Part shown: piece after piece, positions 1-9,339 of the stretch | How positions within the stretch are numbered: position 1 is the stretch's first letter | Layout of the letters: each line of letters opens with the position of its first letter | Origin: Chrysochromulina tobinii | Taxonomy: Eukaryota | NCBI GenBank assembly: GCA_001275005.1 | Contig: JWZX01002572.1 | Location: 1 to 40,994, forward strand | DNA: 40,994 nucleotides | Direction of reading: 5' to 3' | Notes under the pieces: generated by a model | Told to the model about the DNA's origin: nothing | The model's input: only the letters and a program-made list of their open reading frames with translations | Database searches by the model: none | Position numbers and translations under genes: made by a program

Positions 1-2824
1 TCTGGGCGGGCCCGTAGGTGTCGCTGAGGCTCGCACGCGACTGCACGACCGCGACGTGAGTCCACTCGTTTGCGGGGAATGATGGCGCTGAGCTTGCAAA
101 AAGATATTCGTTGGAATACCCAGGATGGAAATAGTACAACATTGGGCCCTGAAATGACAAAACGACGTTGTCGTTGCCGAAATCGATGACGCGATCCGTA
201 TCTGAGCCTGTCCGCGTGCGGTAGACCCACGCGCAGAGCGTGAAGCCAAGCCCCCCGCCGACGAGTCCGGTGCGCGACGTGGCCGTCAAGTAGGAGGTCG
301 CCGCCCCGGTGAAGGTGTACGCGCCGTCGACGGCGCACAGCGGCGGCGGCGGTGGCGGCGGCCGTGATTGCGGCGGCGGAGACGCGCGGCATACGGCGCC
401 AAAGCTATTTGAACAAGGCCCATCGTTCCAGGTCCCACTAGGATAGATCCAGGCACAATCCTCGTCGCCCTGGTTGTTTGGCTCACCAGGGTGCCAGCTG
501 GAGTAGTCCCACGGAGTGCCATCGGACCACCTCCAGGTGCCCTCGCTTACCGCGTCGGTCGCACCGATCCAGGCAGTGGCGGATTGAGGGATGACGGCAA
601 ACGCAGCGGCATTATCCGCGGCGCTGTGGAAGCTTGCGAGATCGCCGCCGAGAGCCTGGCACGCTGCGCGCCCAGCCGCCCACGTGCCGACGGTTGATAT
701 ATAAAAGAGGGGCAAGCGCGGACCGCAGTCCGTGCAGTCGGTGCCGAGGGCGCAGTTCAGGAACTCGGAGCCGGGGCCGCCGTCGTCACAATCGGAGTCG
801 AAGGCCCAATTGCACGTCTCCGTGCAGGTGGTCTGCAGCTCACGGCGGTGGCTGGGCACAAGCGACGCCGAGGTGACGCTGCCCACGATCGACCCGGAGC
901 CCACGATGGTTGTGGAGTGCGCGAGCTGTCGCCCATGATGCTGGCTGCTTGGGAGGGCTCGTCCGAGCTCCGTCAAAGGCGATCGCGGTGGCGGCGATGG
1001 CCGGGCGAGTGGCATCGGTAGATGTGACTGTACTTCGTGCGCCATGGCAACAGGGTGGCTCGTTACGGCGCCTGCCAAGACCATGAGGTCCGAGGGGCCA
1101 GGCGGGGGAGGCGAACACGTTCCGCACGCGACCGGGCAAGTGGTCCGCGCGATGGAATAGGAAGCGCAAGCAGTGGGCTTTGCTGAGAAGTAGGAGCACG
1201 GCATGGGTGCGCCATTTAAGTTGAAGGCGCCACTGCTCAACTCATCCGTGCACAATTTGATAAACAACGGCGGCGGCGGCGGCGGCGGCGGCTGCGGCGG
1301 CGGCGGCGGAGGCGGCGGAGGTGGAGGAGGCGGAGGCTTCGGCGGCGCCGCCGACGCCGTCTGATGCGCAGCAGTTCCATCACCATCAGGCCGTGTCGAT
1401 TCCATGGCGCTCACCCTCGGGATGCAGAGCATGAGGAATGCCAAGGTGAGGCACTGGTTACGGTTGGACCGATTTTGCCTCCAGCTTACGGCGAAGACGA
1501 GCGACCCCAGCCTTAAGAGTGCGTTGCCAAAGTCGAGCCACTCCACCGCATCCCAAGGCACACCGCTGCCGTCGCTGACCACATGCGCCGCTTCCTCGAC
1601 GGTGGGGCGAACGCGATTGCCGGTATAGTGCACGACCTTGCCGGTGTTGCCTGAGCGCAGCTCTGACGTATTGTAAAGCAGCAGCGGGGGCGGCTGTGCG
1701 CGCGGGCCGCAGTCCGCGCACTCTGTGCCATACTTACAGTCAGAGAACTCGGTGCTGGCGCCACCTTCGTCGCATGGGCCACCGTCGTCGCGATTGGAGC
1801 CGCGAGCGTGCATTCCGAGGAACGCAGCAGTTGAGCACAGGCCGGGAGGCGATGGGGTCGCAGGCGGGGCCCTTGGAGGCGATGGTGGCCCATGCGGGGC
1901 CCTTGGCGATGGTGGCCCAGGCGGGGCCCTTGGAGGCGATGGTGGCAAAGGTTGGCGCGGTCCACAGCCCACGCAGTCGGGGCTGTACGCACACATCGTC
2001 ATCTCGGAGCTGGAGCCGCCGTCGTCGCAATCGGCGCAGAAGCACGTCTCCAAGCAGATGTCCTTGCCGGGGGTGAACCAGGGGGGTGAACTGGTTGTCG
2101 GCAGTGGCAGCGATTGTCGCATGCCGCAGTCGATGTCGTACTGGCAATCCGGGTACTCGGCGCCCGGGCCGCCGTTGTCGCAGCAGTCACCCAAGGCATC
2201 AACTGGCATTCCGATGCGAGTGACAGTGTTGGTGCAAAGGGCAGAGGGTGCCGCGGGTGCCAGAGGTGTTGACACGGGAGGGGGCGGTGGGCTGGAGACA
2301 GGCGGTTGCGAAGGCGAGAGCGCCGTGGTGGTCGTCTTGTCTGAATGCACCTGCAGGCGAGATATTGCAGCGTACCATCGCTCGGCCGTCAGCTCATTCG
2401 GAGAGCACTGCATGGCGTGGACATGCCATGCGGAAGGTGGAGGCGAGGCAGGGGCGATCATGGCGCAGCGGCCACAGGCGTCCCCTTGGGAATAAGGGCG
2501 CCGTACTGGGCGGGGCCTGCAGGCTGCGGGCTCCGGGCTCGCACTCGTGCAGTGCAGTGATTGCGCGCACCGCAAGCGGCTCATCGTGCGTGGCGCCTTG
2601 GCCGGCGGCGGCCGAGGCGTTGTTGTCCTCATGAAGCTGGTAGGACGAACCAGGGGTCTCGCCGACTGCGGTGGGCGGCGAGAAGGTCTTGTCATGTGAG
2701 GGCTGCGCGCAGGCACGAGAAGCGTGTGAGCTGGGGCACGGTCGGTGGAGTGGAAGCGGGGTGCGAGTGGCAGGCGGTGACGTGAGTGGCGGTGTGGTGT
2801 GTGCAGTGTAGATGCAGGCGAGTG
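1..2824 (-). CDS. Large multidomain extracellular lectin-like protein, partial (runs off left edge): Cys-rich CDDGGPG repeats, ShK-like domain, C-type lectin, LamG/ConA-like domain, Pro-rich linkers
   Basis: Hand translation gives a stop-free minus frame from 2824 to the window edge; it is not in the ORF track because it has no stop in the window. CTLD ~385-710 (ACQALGGDLASFHS..WIGATD..GTWRWSDGTPWDYSSWHPGEPNN..DC..WNDGPC); LamG-like <1-335 (FTLCAWVY..RVIDFG..NEWTHVAVV); CTETCNWAFDSDCDDGGPGSEFLNCALGTDCTDCGPR ~716-830 plus three degenerate copies 1700-2240; ShK-like C..C..C..CPVACGTC ~1112-1255. Exon structure above ~2400 is uncertain. Confidence 0.85.
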
Positions 2825-3694
2825 CTACACGGGTGAGTGGGGTGTAGGCTGGCGTCGTGCGAGAGGCGGTGATGTGGTGGACCCGTGGCGAGAGGCGGCG
2901 CCGGCGTGGCAACGCCCTTGGTTCGCATGGCGCCGATGACCAGGACGGAGTCGACGGGGCCGCTGTTGATGGTAAGCGGGTCGAGCAGTGCGCCGACGGG
3001 GCCGCAGCCTCGAGGACGCCCACGCCCGGCTCACAGGCACTGGCTTCACAGGCACAGGTCCGCGCCGCCTGGGCCATGCGGGAGAGCGCGGGCGTGATGG
3101 CGGCCGGATCCTCTTGTGACCGTGGTGTCGACGTTGCACCTACCGGTCGTGGCGGAGATGTCGAGGGCGAGGTGGCCGTCGTGCCCGACCGCTCGCAGCC
3201 GCGGCTGCCTGCACCGGGGAAGCAACGCGCAAGCCGTCAGCAAAACAAGCGAGGCGGCGCGTTCGCACACGAGCCGATGGCCAGCGCAAGTTGCATCGCG
3301 CCTCGGCGGGCGCGGAGTCTACGGAGTCGGGCAGGCGCGGGAGCGGACATTGCGCGCGCGCGTGGCTTCGTGCGCGTGCACGTGCAGCATGCGCAACGGC
3401 TTCGCGCGCGCAGCGGCAGGGCCGACCGAAGCTGCGCCGCATGCGTGATAGCCGGCCGGGCTGGGGGCACACTTGTGGATGGTGGGTTGGTATCCCTGGT
3501 CTCTGGAGAGGTTGGTGACGACGTAGATCGAAGGGTGGTTCGTCTTGCCCGCATTCTAGTGCCGCGGCGCGTCCCTTGTGATGTGTGCGGCTGGCGGGTG
3601 TCGTGCTTGCGGAGTGGAGTGTGTGGCAGGGCTGTCGTGTTGATCTCGCGTGGCGGCTAGGGCGAAGAGGGCGGGACCCGGGCGGATATCGCAC

Positions 3695-3808
3695 CTCGAT
3701 CTGCAGCGGAAACTGCACCTCGATCTGAAGGGCGTCGATCTCCTGTGCGTCGAACGCCGCCGGCGATGCGACGACGAGTGGTAATGCGACGAGCAGAAGG
3801 CGCAGCAT
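3695..3808 (-). CDS. Probable first (signal-peptide) exon of the lectin-like gene
   Basis: ATG at 3808 gives MLRLLLVALPLVVASPAAFDAQEIDALQIEVQFPLQIE followed by a GAG|GTGCG donor-like site at 3694. Same strand and upstream of the lectin frame; intermediate exons not resolved. Confidence 0.5.
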
Positions 3809-4207
3809 TAATCTTGAGGCTCACGGGTTCGGTGTCTTGAAGTCTTCAGGATGAAATCTGCGTAGGAAAGCAGGCGGGCGGGTAGCGCGCGATGAGTCGC
3901 GCGCTATCGATCGCCGGCGTGCAGCCACTGGGTTGGCTCGCGCGCGTGCGCGCCCAGCGAAGTTGCTCGGCGCGGGCGTGCCCAGCAGCGCAATTGCTCG
4001 GCGCGGGCGCTGCGGGGCTGGCGCCAGCACGCGCCACGGCGCTGGGCATGGGAGCGATGATGGTACGCGTCTGCGCTCGGGGCCAGGCCAACGGTAGTGC
4101 AGACGGATACCTTTGCGCGCGCGCGCAGCTTATGGGCAGGCAGCTGCGTGCCGGTGCACACCAAGAAGGATGAATCGTGCACACAGTAACAAGTGTTACA
4201 TGTAGGG

Positions 4208-4878
4208 GCTGCTGCTGCTGCTCAACACAACGCGCACACTCTCCGGACCCCCAAGCACGGGAGCCACTATCACTATGGACGGAGGTGTGGCCGACACAGC
4301 CCGTGCTAACACAAATAACTCGTGTGAACACAAGCCGTTAGTCGGCGGATCTTGGGGGAAGAGAGAATACCGGACTAGCATCTGCGCCAGCCTGGTGCCA
4401 CCCTTCCCCCGAATGTATAGCAGAGGAACCAATAGGACCGCTGTTCGCAGCGGCCACAGCTGCCGCCGCACGCACGCGCGAGCGCCGCGGCGGCGTGAGC
4501 CCCGTGAGCCGGATCCGCACTCGCCACTCGTACCCCATCCGAGGGGTGGGCCCGTGAAGTCTCCGAGCCAGCACCCCTCTGCGCATGTCGCGCGCAGCCG
4601 TGCGCATACGCAGCACGATCTCCTGCACCGCGTGGCTAGCGCCCGCCACCTCGCGGCGCAAGGTCATGTAGCTGGCCACGATCGCCGATCGACGGGTCGC
4701 CCGTAGTCGATCGTCGAGGCTCAAGACGTTCGCGCGACACCTGCGCGCAGCAGCGCGAGCCCGATCGACCATGTCAGCGGCTCCCGGGCACGCATCGAGG
4801 CGTCGTTTAGCGAGAAGAAACTGGACGGTTGAATCTGCCTCCTGTGCCGCGTCGACGCTCGTCGCAGCGCGCGAATTT
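4208..4878 (-). mobile_element. Probable 5'-truncated non-LTR retroelement fragment (ORF C-terminus, structured 3' UTR, (GCA)n tail)
   Basis: Minus frame open from ~4876 to stop at 4338, then ~130 nt containing a 72-nt motif (4224-4295) ~88% identical to 32369-32441, ending in (GCT)5 on + at 4208-4222. No RT motif visible; no convincing TSD. Confidence 0.5.
4224..4295 (-). repeat. Dispersed structured motif, copy A
   Basis: Aligns to 32369-32441 with 8 substitutions and 1 indel; folds on the minus strand (outer stem CACACCUCCG/CGGAG-A-GUGUG, inner hairpin GGCUCCC-GUGCUU-GGGGGUC). Confidence 0.9.
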
Positions 4879-5204
4879 CACACAAACTTACGGTACCTTC
4901 ACAACGCGCGAGTGGAAAAATCAAACATGGTTCAATGGGGCTAAGGGCGGTGGTGACCATGGCGACCTCAACAAACAGTGACTCGAGCGCCTGGTGAGCG
5001 CTGCCGTGCAGCTCGTGCAGACGGTGTTGATCTCGTCGTAGGATTCCTACACGAGGCACCTCGAAGCGACGTGCCCTCGTGGACGGGGCGGTGTGAGGAC
5101 ACCATTTGCACCATTTGAGCTCGAGTCGCTTGAGTCCTTTGTCGCGGCGATGGAACCGGCGTCGCGCCTCGCTCTCGCTGGAGAGTGGTGTGATGTATGT
5201 CCCC

Positions 5205-5275
5205 GTGGTGGCGATCTCAATTGCGGTGGCGATCTCAATTGCGATGGCGATCACTGTTGAGATTGCGATCTCTGT
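5205..5275. repeat. Degenerate 18-bp tandem repeat (GCGGTGGCGATCTCAATT-like) spanning the stop of the glycosyltransferase-like gene
   Basis: gtggtggcgatctcaatt gcggtggcgatctcaatt gcgatggcgatcactgtt gagattgcgatctctgt read directly. Confidence 0.7.
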
Positions 5276-6665
5276 CGAGATGCTCTTTATGTCGCTCGCT
5301 GTCAAGGAGCATGGCTATCGAGAGCGCCGCGGAGCCATTGACAAGATCGGGAGCATGATCATTCGCCATCACAAACGGGACGGCACTCGTTCTCAGCTCG
5401 AGCTTGAGCTCTCGCGCACAGTCAGCTCGCACCTTGAGGCAGCCTCGCACTGCCCTCGACGTAGATGTGGCATGGAGGGCGGTCGGTCGAGCGCAGCGGC
5501 GCGATGGCGTCTCCACGTGGCCGTGGCTGCGCGTGGCTTTGGATTTGCCAAGGGGCACACACACGCTGAGTGGCACATGCTCCTTCGTCCACTCTCCCAT
5601 CGAATGCAGCGCAAGGAAGTAGGTCGCGTACTCGGTCCACGGCTGCGACACGTCAGCCAGCAGAAGCTGTGCGAGGCGCTCCCATCGATCTTCCAACTGT
5701 CCGGTCGGCGGCGGAGTGCCTTCTGACGGAGTGCCTTCTCCGAGAGAGCCGGGATGGCTGCGCGCGAAGAGCACGCCTTCCATCTTATCCAGGCCGCGCC
5801 TGCTCAGAATCTGAGGCGTCCAGCCGAGTACCAGGCGCGTCGCGCCCCGATGAGCGTTGTACGGACTCGCATCCACCCATTGACTAAAGTTCCATCGGCG
5901 GGCTGAGCGAGCGATGTGCAGTGCGCCGTGCCACCCATTGAGCGGCTCGACGCATGTGCGCACTCGACCGTCGGCCGCGATGAACGCGTCCGCCAACGGA
6001 GTGCGCCAGCCGCGCGTGCACAGCGTGTCCGAGTCGAGCATCAGCAAGTACTCGCTACCGCCAGTGGCATGGTGGTGAGCGCTCAGCAGCTTGATCGCTT
6101 GCTGGCGGAGCCATCGATTGGACCAACCAGGAGAGTCTATGAACTGCCGCCGGCGTGCCACCGGGAGGACCTCGTCCTCGGCAAACAGAGCCCAGTGTGT
6201 GGGCAGCGCGAGCAACGACAAGCTGGGAAGGTCTGTTGATGGCGCAAAGATGAGCACACGCGACACGCTGCTCGGCGAGAGGGTCGAGCGGCACGTTCGC
6301 AGCTTGGCTCGCAACCAGTTGATGTCGCGGGCAAGACAAGGGAGCACCGCCACGATATTCGAGGTCGTGCGTCCGTCAGTAGCCGCGGTGGCGCACTGAT
6401 GCGGTCGCGTCTCTACGTGCGTGCTCGCGTGCTCGTGTGAATATTTTATTGCGAGCACGAGCACCACCATCAAAGCCATGATGCAAAGAGCGATGAGGCG
6501 ATGAGGCACATCCGCGAGCGATTCTTCTTCTGGTGCGTGCTCGCCTTCACCAGCTCGGCGATGCCCCTCTCCGTCTGCGTGGCGGCGCTCTCTATGTTGG
6601 TCTGGATGTTGTCGATCTGCGAGCCCTGCTCCTAGCGGTGTGGAGACACCTCCATTAAAATTCAT
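5235..6665 (-). CDS. Type II membrane glycosyltransferase-like protein (GT-A fold, DUF6492-like)
   Basis: N-terminal TM helix LIALCIMALMVVLVLAI; WLRQQAIKL motif followed by a DxD motif (YLLMLDSDTL), WTPQILS and WTEYATY. First ATG at 6665 (ORF track starts at GTG 6680). Confidence 0.7.
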   Translation of the reverse strand: MNFNGGVSTPLGAGLADRQHPDQHRERRHADGEGHRRAGEGEHAPEEESLADVPHRLIALCIMALMVVLVLAIKYSHEHASTHVETRPHQCATAATDGRTTSNIVAVLPCLARDINWLRAKLRTCRSTLSPSSVSRVLIFAPSTDLPSLSLLALPTHWALFAEDEVLPVARRRQFIDSPGWSNRWLRQQAIKLLSAHHHATGGSEYLLMLDSDTLCTRGWRTPLADAFIAADGRVRTCVEPLNGWHGALHIARSARRWNFSQWVDASPYNAHRGATRLVLGWTPQILSRRGLDKMEGVLFARSHPGSLGEGTPSEGTPPPTGQLEDRWERLAQLLLADVSQPWTEYATYFLALHSMGEWTKEHVPLSVCVPLGKSKATRSHGHVETPSRRCARPTALHATSTSRAVRGCLKVRADCARELKLELRTSAVPFVMANDHAPDLVNGSAALSIAMLLDSERHKEHLDRDRNLNSDRHRN

Positions 6666-6968
6666 CCATTGATCCTTCACACGTGATTATAATTAATTAA
6701 ACACACGACACGTAACGAACACCACTACGTGAAAGCAATACAGGAGTCGCGAAATAAGACACATGCAGGCGCATGCAGGCGGAGAGCTCCATAAAAGAGA
6801 AAGTGCGGCGGGACCCATGAACATGTCCACGTACCGGTAACTCGGCGGATTCCAATTGGCGGATTCACAACAAACGGTTCAGAGTCGCCATACCCCGGGT
6901 CAATCCCGGGTCTGAGCCCGTGCAACCACCTGGACCGTGCTTACATACCCGTGCAGACTGCAGTCACT

Positions 6969-7868
6969 TCACAGCAACAGACCGACATGAGTCAATTCGA
7001 TCGGCGGGCCCTGTTCCTGCCCCGTCCTGATTTCAGCACTATCGGTACTGGTACCTGTATACGGAGCCGAGTCCGTTCGGCACCCTCCCAGCTCGGGAGG
7101 GAGACTCTCGGCGCCACAACGCTCGCACAGTGCGGCATGCGCTGCGGTCGTTTCTGTCCAGGAGAAGATTTTTACCTTGTATCGGGTCTGTATCGCCACG
7201 AACTCTGAGATCACCGCCCAAGCTGCAGCGACTGCGCGCGAGACGTTGAGGATGAAGATCATGCCGATTGTGTTCGGGAAGTGTGCCGCGTCCAATCGCG
7301 ACATCTCTCCGAACACGACGTGCAGCCCTCGCCATCCAATGATGCTCCAGGGCAGGTCCTTCGCGTCGAATACCAGTGTCGCCCTCATGTCGACCGGATG
7401 GCCGACGGCGGAATGCGAGTCTTTCTGAGCAGCATGGTTCTCATCGACGAGGCGACGAATACGCTCCGAGACCAGAAAGTGCGCTCGCATGACGGCCTCT
7501 CGCGACTGCGGATCCGAGATGACCTTGCGGACGGTGGCCAAGTCCCACGCACCAACCCGCTCGACGAGGAGCGGACGTGAGTGAGCATCCACCGAAAGAT
7601 GATAGAGTAGAACATGCGCCTGCAAGTCAGCCTCGAAGATGAGCAGCTCCTTGTCTGTTTCCATGTTTTCGAGACCCATCTCTTCTCGCCACTTTACGGT
7701 GCTCATCAGAAACAGAAGCGCATCTTTTGCCGTCTGCTTGTTGTCGCGTGCGGCGACCATATACCGACTGCATACAGTGGCGTTGCAGAACTGTCGCGCC
7801 TCTTCACTCAAGCCTTGGGCCGACTCGACGAGCAGCTGCACGTCCATGTCGACGTAGTCGTTCGACAT
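6969..7868 (-). CDS. CRAL-TRIO (Sec14-like) lipid-binding protein
   Basis: CSRYMVA..VKWREE N-domain; DAHSRPLLVERVGAWDL; LVFDAKDL; HFPNTIGMIFILNV..WAVISEFVAIQTRYKVKIF; SLPPELGG. Confidence 0.9.
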   Translation of the reverse strand: MSNDYVDMDVQLLVESAQGLSEEARQFCNATVCSRYMVAARDNKQTAKDALLFLMSTVKWREEMGLENMETDKELLIFEADLQAHVLLYHLSVDAHSRPLLVERVGAWDLATVRKVISDPQSREAVMRAHFLVSERIRRLVDENHAAQKDSHSAVGHPVDMRATLVFDAKDLPWSIIGWRGLHVVFGEMSRLDAAHFPNTIGMIFILNVSRAVAAAWAVISEFVAIQTRYKVKIFSWTETTAAHAALCERCGAESLPPELGGCRTDSAPYTGTSTDSAEIRTGQEQGPPIELTHVGLLL

Positions 7869-8088
7869 CTTCCGCGGCGGCGCGCGAATCGCTCAGCACG
7901 GCGTTCTAGTTTTTGGTACCGGTACCTTTCGACACCCAATCATCGAACCCTGCAGAAAATTGGGCTCATGACAAAACAAAAAATGAAAGCGTACGGTGCA
8001 GTACTGAATTGTACTTCACATGCAACCCAGTGAGGAGGACCGCCGCCCGCTTTGGCATGCGAGCGAGCCACTTCACGCGCCTGCCTTC

Positions 8089-9150
8089 TCAGACCCAAGC
8101 AGTGATCCTGCCTGATGACCTCGACCGTCCGCTCTGGAATCCACGCAGACCTCCGGCCCAGGCCTGGTCCTTTTGCCGTTGCACTCCATGGCCCGTCCTG
8201 GGCTCTGAGAGCGCCATAAACTGCTGGTTGGAAGGCACCCGCGAGAGGGCCTCGTATGCGTGCACTTCCTTGTGCCACTGCCGTCTGGGCGTGAGACGAG
8301 CCTGCTGATTCGGGTGCGACGTGGGATACCACGTTGGCGGCTTGAAGGTCGTCTGTACGCTGAGGAATTGTGGCGGTGCCGCGACCCGCATAGAACTCGG
8401 CTCTGGCACATAAACCTCGTTCCAGACGGATGTGCTGCCCAGTCCGGCGGCTGCGCCGCGGATGTGGCCCTTGTAGCCGGGAATTGATGCCTCCGAGATG
8501 TGCTTCGCCTCGCCTCGACGATGAACTGGAGGAGGCGGTGGAGGTGCTGCCCGACTGCTCGTCGCCCGCACGGTCACCTCGTGCTCGCACCGAGTGCGAG
8601 CCGACTGGACGTGCCGCGGATCGTTCATCGTGGCATCGTAATCCTGGAGTGCAGGGTTGCACGCGCCGATTCCCTTGTGCCTTCGCCCTCGCTTCAGAAG
8701 GTGATCATGCGAGAGCTTCCAGCGACGTACGCGCTCCGTGGAGGGCAGCTCCGATGAGGATGTCGACAGAGCGCCCATGGCGAGTCGAGGGACAGGCGGC
8801 TTGGGGCGGACACTGCTGCTGGTGCTGGTGCTCGTGCATTGTGCGACACGCTGATCCCAGCATGTGGGTGTGGTGGAGCTGGCACCCTGCACCCACCAGA
8901 GCGAGCTATCGCGGCCAGCCGGGTCCTTGCTAGGAGCCGATTGCGGTCGAGCAAGCCAATTGGCAAATGCCGTGCTCATCTTTCCAGCTCGCGGCGTGCT
9001 ATTTCCTGTAAAGTTGTACGGGCTGGCCTTGCGCGCGGCCCAATCAACCTCGAAGTCACCATGAGGCTCGCGCACCGAGCGATCTGCCCACCAAACCGCT
9101 GGGTCTTTCCACCACAAGCCGTCCGCGGCCGAATTGCGGTGCGGTGGCAT
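8089..9150 (-). CDS. Hypothetical basic protein with IPGYKGHIRG motif (possible FAM166/CIMIP-type microtubule inner protein)
   Basis: 353-aa frame from first ATG (MPPHRNS, 9150); single IPGYxGHI motif typical of ciliary MIP repeats; divergent from the CABIN1-like gene with a 189-bp gap. Confidence 0.55.
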   Translation of the reverse strand: MPPHRNSAADGLWWKDPAVWWADRSVREPHGDFEVDWAARKASPYNFTGNSTPRAGKMSTAFANWLARPQSAPSKDPAGRDSSLWWVQGASSTTPTCWDQRVAQCTSTSTSSSVRPKPPVPRLAMGALSTSSSELPSTERVRRWKLSHDHLLKRGRRHKGIGACNPALQDYDATMNDPRHVQSARTRCEHEVTVRATSSRAAPPPPPPVHRRGEAKHISEASIPGYKGHIRGAAAGLGSTSVWNEVYVPEPSSMRVAAPPQFLSVQTTFKPPTWYPTSHPNQQARLTPRRQWHKEVHAYEALSRVPSNQQFMALSEPRTGHGVQRQKDQAWAGGLRGFQSGRSRSSGRITAWV

Positions 9151-9339
9151 GAAAACAGAGTCCCGGGAAAAGAGACATTTGTCGTTTCGCAAAGCAACTT
9201 GAGCGCGCGGGGCGGGTGCGACCGTGTTGGCTTCGAGGCTTTCATTTTTTTGGATATAAGCGCCGTTCTGGCTGCACTTGACTTGGAGCCCCACCACACA
9301 GCTCGCGCCAACACCGCGGACGCCCGCGTCGCGGAGAGA

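Noticed and set aside
1725..2495. Plus-strand Gly-rich, collagen-like ORF (GGALGGDGGP)
   Set aside because: It is the antisense of Pro-rich linkers and Cys repeats of the minus-strand lectin gene.
4224..4295. Structured motif as SECIS element or hammerhead ribozyme
   Set aside because: The UGA/GA quartet is not conserved (copy B has GCGA), and no CUGANGA/GAAA core is present.
4937..4942. GGGGCT as TSD partner of 4205-4210 for element copy A
   Set aside because: Only 6 bp in GC-rich DNA and ~60 bp beyond the ORF break; indistinguishable from chance.
8839..9339. N-terminal 167 aa of the 3795-aa ORF and its apparent antisense overlap with 8089-9297
   Set aside because: Both ORF calls start at non-ATG codons; first plausible ATGs (9340 and 9150) give non-overlapping divergent genes, and CABIN1 similarity starts at 9340.
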